Positions 57,601 to 64,000 of a stretch of 64,000 nucleotides of DNA are shown piece after piece. The notes beneath the pieces are model-generated. The model saw nothing but the letters and a program-made list of their open reading frames with translations, did not search any database and had not been told where the DNA came from. Source of the DNA: a virus. How positions within the stretch are numbered: the stretch's first letter is position 1; every line of letters begins with the position of its first letter. The translations under genes were made by a program, and so were the position numbers. Where the stretch lies: the IMG/VR virus record IMGVR_UViG_3300027816_000057. One strand, given 5' to 3'.

Positions 57601-58018
57601 CGAGCCATACGGTTGTTTTTCAAACTTTTCTAGACATAGCGTAAAAACGGCAGACGGTAAGGTATGGCCTAGAAGCGAACATCTATATCAAGCGTTAAAA
57701 TTTAACGATGTAGCTGTCCAAGAAGGTATCCGTTCTATTGCGAATCCAAAAGAAGCAAAAGAATACGGTTATCAATTTAAAGATAAACTACGGCTAGAGT
57801 GGGAAGATGTCAAATATGGCACCATGCTATATGTATGCCGACTAAAATTACTTCAACACAACGATATAATGGACTGTCTGCTATCTACGGACGATCAAAT
57901 GATAGTAGAAAACAGTCTTTTTGATTCAACGTGGGGATGCGGTAAAGACGGTAAAGGATTGAATTTGCTAGGTAAAGTATGGGAAGAATTAAGATATGAA
58001 ATTACCAAAAATAATTAA
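57578..58018 (+). CDS. NADAR-family (YbiA-like) ADP-ribosyl hydrolase
   Basis: YGCFSNF, SEHLYQALKF, WE.VK...M, K..QH, E.S..D..WG.G..G.G.N.LG. Confidence 0.9.
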   Translation: MIKFLKINEPYGCFSNFSRHSVKTADGKVWPRSEHLYQALKFNDVAVQEGIRSIANPKEAKEYGYQFKDKLRLEWEDVKYGTMLYVCRLKLLQHNDIMDCLLSTDDQMIVENSLFDSTWGCGKDGKGLNLLGKVWEELRYEITKNN

Positions 58019-60063
58019 AAAATCAGATATTTATATAAATGAAAATATGGGTAAATATTGTAATGAAAAACTTATCGAGGCAATAAATGAAATTAATAGT
58101 AAAGTAAAAAATGCTACAACTTTTCCGGTTCATATTTTTTTTACATTAAATACTTATTCTAATCAACAATTTCTTAGCGAATTTGACACTTTGTTTCAAT
58201 TAATTAATCTTATAAATTCAGCCGGATGGCATTGTTCTATTATGAGAGAACCTTGGAGTGATATAGCTATAAGAGTTTCTATATCTGATATAAAATATAT
58301 AAAACCGGGCTTTATAAAAAAATATTGGTATGGAGTGGAGGTTTTTAATGCAACTAATTGAACTTAACGGTTATTGTAATAGATTAGATACTTTGACTGA
58401 CAGACTTTCATGTAATGATTTTTATCTTAGTGATATGTTTTATAGCATAAATAATAAAAAAGTAAAATTTATCTATCATATAGATCAAGAAAATAATCTC
58501 TTTGTGGGCGGAAAAGAGGGTCGAGGTAATTACATTCAAGAAAACGACGAATTACTTAATTATATTTATCAGGTTGAATCAATAGAAGATATTGAAAAAT
58601 TTGATAAAATCATCAATATGATAATTTTAAATAAGAAGGAAATATGAAAAAAGTAGGAACTAAATTTGTATGCGTTTTTTCTAATATAAATATGAATATG
58701 TATTTAATAATCTCAAACAAGAAAATACGATCTTTAGACTTTAAAAAAGCTTTTCAAATTTATGCAAAAGATAATGAAATGGATGATATAGATGAAATCA
58801 ATAATTGTTACTACGAAGAAGCTTTAGAATATGGATTAAAAAAGTTAAAATATAAAGCACAAGTTTTTGATTTTGATGACGGAGATATTTTATATGATAT
58901 CTAAATTTTTCACAAAAATTCGTGATTGGTCAAATTCTTATGGTGATACCTATCATAAAATAGAGCAATATCACTTAGACAAGATGCAAAAATATCTTTC
59001 CGACTTTTCTAAAGTTGAACAAGAGTATATCATCAATTACGGTGATTGGGGACCGTTTAGTTCGCAGCGTATGGAAAATGCGGTAAACGAAAAACAATTT
59101 AAAACCAAAGAAGAAAAGTCTAAATATAGAATACAATTAGTAACTTGCTCTTTAAGATATCGTGTTATGAAATCTAGTCTAAAACTAGAACTGACACAAT
59201 ATCAAGATTCTAAAAAATGGTTTAGAACGGAGGTAATATGATAAAAATACACAAAGAAATCAAAAAGGCTATTTTAGACCGATACTCACATTACGATAAA
59301 AAAGATATTGAACTTGTCTATTACAAAAATATAGTTTCTCCGGATATTACTGTTTATATAGTTAAACGAAGATGGTATGATGAAGGGGACGATATTTATA
59401 GATATGAAGGTGACATAGACTATAATTATGATGAATCATCAGTAGGTATATCTGGAAATACTCTAAAAGAATGTAAAGAAAAGATAAAGACTTTACTAAA
59501 AGATCATATAAATTATGAACATAATCAAATTAAAAAGTTTATAAGAGAAATATAGCATGACATTAAATCAACTTATCAAATATTGCAAAAAGAATAAAAT
59601 ATCGTTTAATAGTGAATTATGTTTAGGACTATCTGATTCTTTTGTTTTACAAGGATTTGAATTCACTAAAGGAGTCATTAAAGGAGAAAATATTGAGTGG
59701 GATAGCGAATCCAAAAAACAAACAAATATTATTGCTTTTACTAACAAAAGACCAACACATAAACCATAAAAAAGATTTATGATAAAGCACATAAAAACAA
59801 AATACAAGACCGTTTTTCAATTAAATTATAGTTTGCATTTGAAAAACGCATATACAGGATGTGGCAAAGGAAAGTGGGACTATAAAAGAAGACATAGACT
59901 CTATCATTTAAATGATAAAATCGCTAAATTAAACATCAAAGAATATTATCAATCTATAGGGAGTATAAAAAGAAAAATAAATTCACTCAAAAAAGCAAAA
60001 ATATACGGAAAACCATTATTTAGAAAATTTAAAATCATAGAAAAAATTATAGAAGTAAGATAA
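57996..60063 (+). CDS. seven hypothetical genes (57996-58361, 58348-58647, 58644-58904, 58894-59241, 59238-59555, 59557-59769, 59779-60063)
   Basis: Dense co-oriented ORFs with overlapping start and stop codons. Confidence 0.5.
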
Positions 60064-60081
60064 TTTAATAAGGATTCTTTT

Positions 60082-60240
60082 ATGCTTCTTGATGTAATCG
60101 CGGTATATTTTTCAATAGGTTTACTTTTTAGTATTATTTATTCTGATACGTTTTTAATTAGACGATACAGGCTTCTTTTTGCTATTAGTTGTTTATTCAT
60201 TTGGCCTATATGGTGGTTAATTTACCGATTTAATAAATAA
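60082..60240 (+). CDS. small two-TM membrane protein (52 aa, not in the ORF track)
   Basis: MLLDVIAVYFSIGLLFSIIY...LFIWPIWWLIYRFNK; AAGGA RBS. Confidence 0.55.
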   Translation: MLLDVIAVYFSIGLLFSIIYSDTFLIRRYRLLFAISCLFIWPIWWLIYRFNK

Positions 60241-60246
60241 TATTCT

Positions 60247-60486
60247 ATGATAAATTTACCAGAAGGTTTTAAAAATAAGATTGTATTAGACACCAATATA
60301 GTTGATCTGCCTATAGACGTATATTCGGAAATTGCATACGATTTATGGTCTGATAAGGAACTTGGTAACGATGTTTGTTATTATACTTTTAAAGTAGATA
60401 GTGAATATTGTATAAAATATTCTTTATTAAATAATTATCTTAAGAATCTTGGAATAAAAGAATGTTTAATACATCATTCTTGGTAA
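60247..60486 (+). CDS. hypothetical protein, paralog of 62713-62952
   Basis: LP.GFKN..VLDT....LP.....EI..D.W....L.ND..(Y/F)Y.F...YL...G..EC.IH..W is shared. Confidence 0.6.
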   Translation: MINLPEGFKNKIVLDTNIVDLPIDVYSEIAYDLWSDKELGNDVCYYTFKVDSEYCIKYSLLNNYLKNLGIKECLIHHSW

Positions 60487-60544
60487 AGCCGACTAAAAAA
60501 CTGTAGACCGAGCGATATAATAACGTCGGATCAATATTGGTTTC

Positions 60545-62726
60545 ATGGTAATTCTGGAGAGATTAATGAGGTTAGAAATTAAACAAAATGGAATATCGCA
60601 AGAAGATTTAAACCTTATAGTTGATAAAAGGATTAATATTTTTATAAAAAAAGTAGCGGATATGTCAAATGATCCTAGAGCAAGTTTTGTTAAAGCGTAT
60701 TTATTTGATGTACAAGATTCATATACTAAATTTAGATTTGATAGTATTATGGTGCCATTAGTTGAAAGCAAGGGATATTATTTTTATAGACGCGGAAGTT
60801 GGGTTTTTGTAACAAGAAATAGACTTAATATATTACAAAGATTGTTTTTGTTTTTAGAATGTGCTTATGGTTATTAATACCAAACAATGATTAGATTATG
60901 AGAAAATTAAATACTAAATTTAAAATTTCAGATATGCTACATAACAGAATACGTTGGTTATATAAATTTAGCACCGAATTTCCTATTGAATATTGGATTA
61001 AAAAATATCCAAATATTACTTTAAAAGAGTACGGTGAATATAGAAAATTTGCAGGCAATCTATATGAGTTTATCTATGATATAGAGGAACATGATGAGGT
61101 CAAACAGGAAGAAATATACAAAAGAAGGTTGATTTTTTTCTTGCAAAAACATTATGGAACTAAACACTGGAAAATGCTAGGTTATAAAATATATACTCCT
61201 TTATATGATATATTAGAACAGTCGGGAGTGTTTATATGAATATCGAAGATTTTTTAATTATAATTTTTCTATCTATAGCTGGCGTAATATTCGCTTTACT
61301 TATGGGATTATTATTTAGCTTGCCTTATCGTAGAGAAAGTATCGGACCCGTGCCTTTTATTCCTTCCAAGAAAGAAAACAAATGAACTTTCCTAATTCCA
61401 TCGAAAAATTTGAAAAGCCCGATTTATTATCAGTTTTATTAGCTGTTCATCTTACGGTAGACGGAGACAAAGGAAGGCCGGTAGAGGATCAACAGAAAGA
61501 TGTTGAAACTCTTGAATACGCATTAGCACACTGGAACTATCATCCAAATAATGATTTTTCTTTTTGCGTCAAAAATCTTATCCAATGCACACTAGAACAA
61601 TATTATAATTCTGAGTGGCACAAAGAAGATATGATGCTTAATATAGAGGGTAAGTTTTTTAGGTGCCGTTGTGGATGTAATTGTTTTAGAAAATCTAAAT
61701 TTAATTCTTTTAGATATAAGTGTAATGCTTGTCAAGAAACCTATACGAGCGAAGAATGAAACCAAAAACATTACAAGAAGGTAGAAACACCGGACAAATG
61801 GTAAACGATTATGCTAAATATACTCGCGGCGAGATATCTTATGATCAACTACATTCTAACATAAGTAAAAGCATGAATTTTGATAAATATAAAATCGATA
61901 ATTTAATCACTCCAACACAAGTTGCTTTAAATATTCATAAACAACAAAATCAAAAATTTGAAATAACCGATAATCAAAAGAAAGATGTAGAAAAACAAGT
62001 AAAAACAATAATAGATTATATTAATACATCTCTTGGTAGTGCTACTCATTTACCAAAATGCATTGCGGAATTTTCTACTACATCTAACCAAGGCGATGTT
62101 GAATATTTTCAGTTTACACAGATTAATAGATATTTTGAGCAAGAATGGTTAAAGGCTATAAAACAATTTACCGATGCAGGGTGGTATGTAGCGTATCAGA
62201 TATATGATACCGACACTATATTATTTTATGTTCAGGCCGATCAGTTCCCTTGGATAAATAGAAAAATTTTTAAAAATGGATGGAAATATTTATGAATAAT
62301 CGAAAAAAAATGCCTAAAGTCGCAAATATGACTAGTTTAGATATGACGTGTTTTTATTTTTTAGATGCTGTATCAAAATATTCATACACAGAACAAGAAG
62401 AGTGTTATCATAACGGTTCTATTTATAATGAATATCATACTGACTATTTTGATAATAAAGATGAAAATGTTCTTACTACACGAAATTGCGGATGGTCTGA
62501 TAGATATGATATTGATTATATTTTAAGAAGTATTCCTAAAAATTATTACTGGACTAAGACTTATAATAAAAAAAGAAATAAACATTATTTAGTTTTGATG
62601 TCTAATCAAGAAAGACAAAAGTTTCAAGTTAAAATAGAAAAAAATATATCTATGTATGATTTAGAACAAAGTCTTTTAAGATTACTATGTATGAAAAAAG
62701 AAAGCGAAATAAATGCCAAAAAATAA
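60545..62726 (+). CDS. six hypothetical genes (60545-60877, 60898-61239, 61236-61385 small TM, 61382-61759 with C-terminal Zn ribbon, 61756-62295, 62292-62726)
   Basis: Co-oriented overlapping ORFs; CRCGCNCF...YKCNAC zinc ribbon in 61382-61759. Confidence 0.5.
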
Positions 62727-62952
62727 AAAATTACCAAAAGGATTTAAAAACGTATTAGTGTTAGATACAATAGAAGCTAAATTACCAAAAAAAATAAATG
62801 ATGAAATTTTTGATATATGGCAATACCATTGCTTAATTAACGATTATTGTTTTTATAAATTTACAGAATATGATGCTGAAGCATATCCTAACACATGGAA
62901 ATATTTACAAGAAAACGGAGTTTCGGAATGTTATATACATAATTGGTGGTAA
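62713..62952 (+). CDS. hypothetical protein, paralog of 60247-60486
   Basis: Shared motif string, see 60247. Confidence 0.6.
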   Translation: MPKNKKLPKGFKNVLVLDTIEAKLPKKINDEIFDIWQYHCLINDYCFYKFTEYDAEAYPNTWKYLQENGVSECYIHNWW

Positions 62953-62964
62953 ACAGGAGTACTT

Positions 62965-63237
62965 ATGATAAAGATAAAAGTTACACAAGAAGATATTAAT
63001 TTAGGAGTAGTTAATTTTTCTCATTGCCCAATAGCTAGAGCCATTAATAAAAGTGGCGTATATAGAACTTTGTGTACTGGATTAGAATTTATTGTTGTAG
63101 AAGAAATTATGACAACTAGACCCGTTATCTATAAAACACCAGAAAGAGCAAGGCGTTTTATAAGAAAATTTGATAAAGATAAAAAGTCTGTAAAACCTCA
63201 GACCTTTAAATTAACAAAAATTCTTAAGGCAATGTAA
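62965..63237 (+). CDS. hypothetical protein, paralog of 56176-56430
   Basis: Shared motif string; CAGGAG RBS. Confidence 0.6.
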   Translation: MIKIKVTQEDINLGVVNFSHCPIARAINKSGVYRTLCTGLEFIVVEEIMTTRPVIYKTPERARRFIRKFDKDKKSVKPQTFKLTKILKAM

Positions 63238-63242
63238 TATGA

Positions 63243-63314
63243 GGCTCGTTCGTATAGCGGTTATTATCACCGGCTTTGAACCGGTAGAGCAAAGTTCGAG
63301 TCTTTGACGGGCTA
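63243..63314 (+). tRNA. tRNA-Gln(TTG)
   Basis: GGCTCGT/ACGGGCT acceptor, ACCGG-CTTTGAA-CCGGT, CAAAG-TTCGAGT-CTTTG; no CCA. Confidence 0.85.
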
Positions 63315-63317
63315 TTT

Positions 63318-63864
63318 ATGCAATATACAAAAGAAAAAATATTAGACAAGTCTCGTTTTAATCCAATGAAAAACAAAGCAAACTATAATCGTAAAAAATA
63401 TTATACGACATATAATGATTTAGTATTAAGTTTTAACGATGAAGTAAAAACTTCAAGAGAAGATTTAATAGGATTAATTCTTTGTTATGACGACTGTCGA
63501 GGCTGTAATACCGCCGTAGATGATTTTGTGAATGATTTAAATAATTTAGGATATAACGTTCAATTAGATGGTTATAATTATATGACGGTCAGCACTAAAC
63601 CTTTTAATGATCCTACATTCCTCGATAGATTATTTGTTAAAAATAGAAAAATATACAATGCAAATACTAATTAAATATTTTTATTGCGATTGTGGATATT
63701 CTGACGATTCTCATTGTGGTGAAACTGAAGGTTCGTTTACATTTCCGGATGATATAGATCTGTCTAAAATAGAAGATTATTGGTATGAAAAATATTGTCC
63801 TTTTGATAGTAGTTTTATCTCCGCGAATTTTGCGGTGAATAATAAGGATAATCTCCGCAGATGA
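63318..63864 (+). CDS. two hypothetical genes (63318-63674, 63658-63864)
   Basis: Co-oriented overlapping ORFs. Confidence 0.5.
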
Positions 63865-64000
63865 ATAATTGTCCAATGTGTAGAGGTTTAGGACATTTAG
63901 AGCCTTTTATTTTTTACGGCGTAAAAGCACAGTCTTATTGTACGCTGTGTAACGGAAGCGGAGAATATAAAGAACAGACAACGCTTGTTCAACAAGAAAA
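63861..64000 (+). CDS. partial gene with a DnaJ-type zinc finger
   Basis: CPMCRGLG...CTLCNGSG (two CxxCxGxG motifs); runs off the right edge. Confidence 0.55.
   Translation, partial: MNNCPMCRGLGHLEPFIFYGVKAQSYCTLCNGSGEYKEQTTLVQQE

Noticed and set aside
454-63876. Many antisense or nested ORFs in the track (e.g. 1293-1733 -, 10984-11292 -, 22166-22513 +, 29902-30306 +, 40574-40882 +, 55372-55599 -, 60493-60771 -)
   Set aside because: They lie inside well-supported genes, have no RBS or motifs, and look like shadow frames
1-64000. Stop-codon reassignment
   Set aside because: Long conserved genes (TerL, portal, TMP, GME) are intact under the standard code and coding density is high; no suppressor tRNA was found
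1-64000. CRISPR array, integrase, IS element, intein or group I/II intron
   Set aside because: No regularly spaced direct repeats, recombinase or transposase motifs, or interrupted conserved genes were seen by eye
1-64000. Host assignment
   Set aside because: Nothing in the window identifies the host reliably; this needs homology searches or CRISPR-spacer matches

Overview
This window is a 64 kb, AT-rich, gene-dense segment of a large tailed-phage genome (HK97-fold capsid; no tail sheath seen, so probably a long non-contractile tail). It has four blocks. (1) 1-2900 (+): recombination and nucleotide genes, namely a Rad52/Sak-like annealing protein, an SSB with a plant-Whirly-like sequence, and a degenerate IMPDH/GMP reductase. 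(2) 2900-14900 (+): a ~12 kb glycan-biosynthesis island with several glycosyltransferases (GT2, GT10, GT25, WavE-like), a GDP-mannose 3,5-epimerase, a second SDR, three SAM methyltransferases, an SGNH protein and a HAD/NTP-transferase/cupin trio. A stand-alone NAD+-ligase domain Ia and a secreted trypsin-like protease are embedded in it. (3) 14900-49700 (-): a morphogenesis operon with a sigma-like factor, candidate TerS, Gmd, HNH, ERCC4 nuclease, TerL, portal, protease with nested scaffold, decoration protein, MCP, neck, tail tube, tape measure, tail tip and a 1531-aa Cys-rich protein. A recurring G(T/A/G)GTATAA(T/A) promoter-like motif precedes these genes, several of which look leaderless. 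(4) 49700-64000 (+): an HTH protein, a DNA adenine methylase, five tRNA genes (one with a 27-nt anticodon-loop insertion), an ATP-grasp, a SLOG protein, a phosphatase, NADAR and many small, partly paralogous hypothetical genes. The best candidate for an undescribed system is phage-encoded virion O-glycosylation: the glycan island, a Gmd placed in the late operon, and Ser/Thr-Gly dipeptide enrichment in tail and accessory virion proteins. All family assignments are by eye from motifs; no searches were run.
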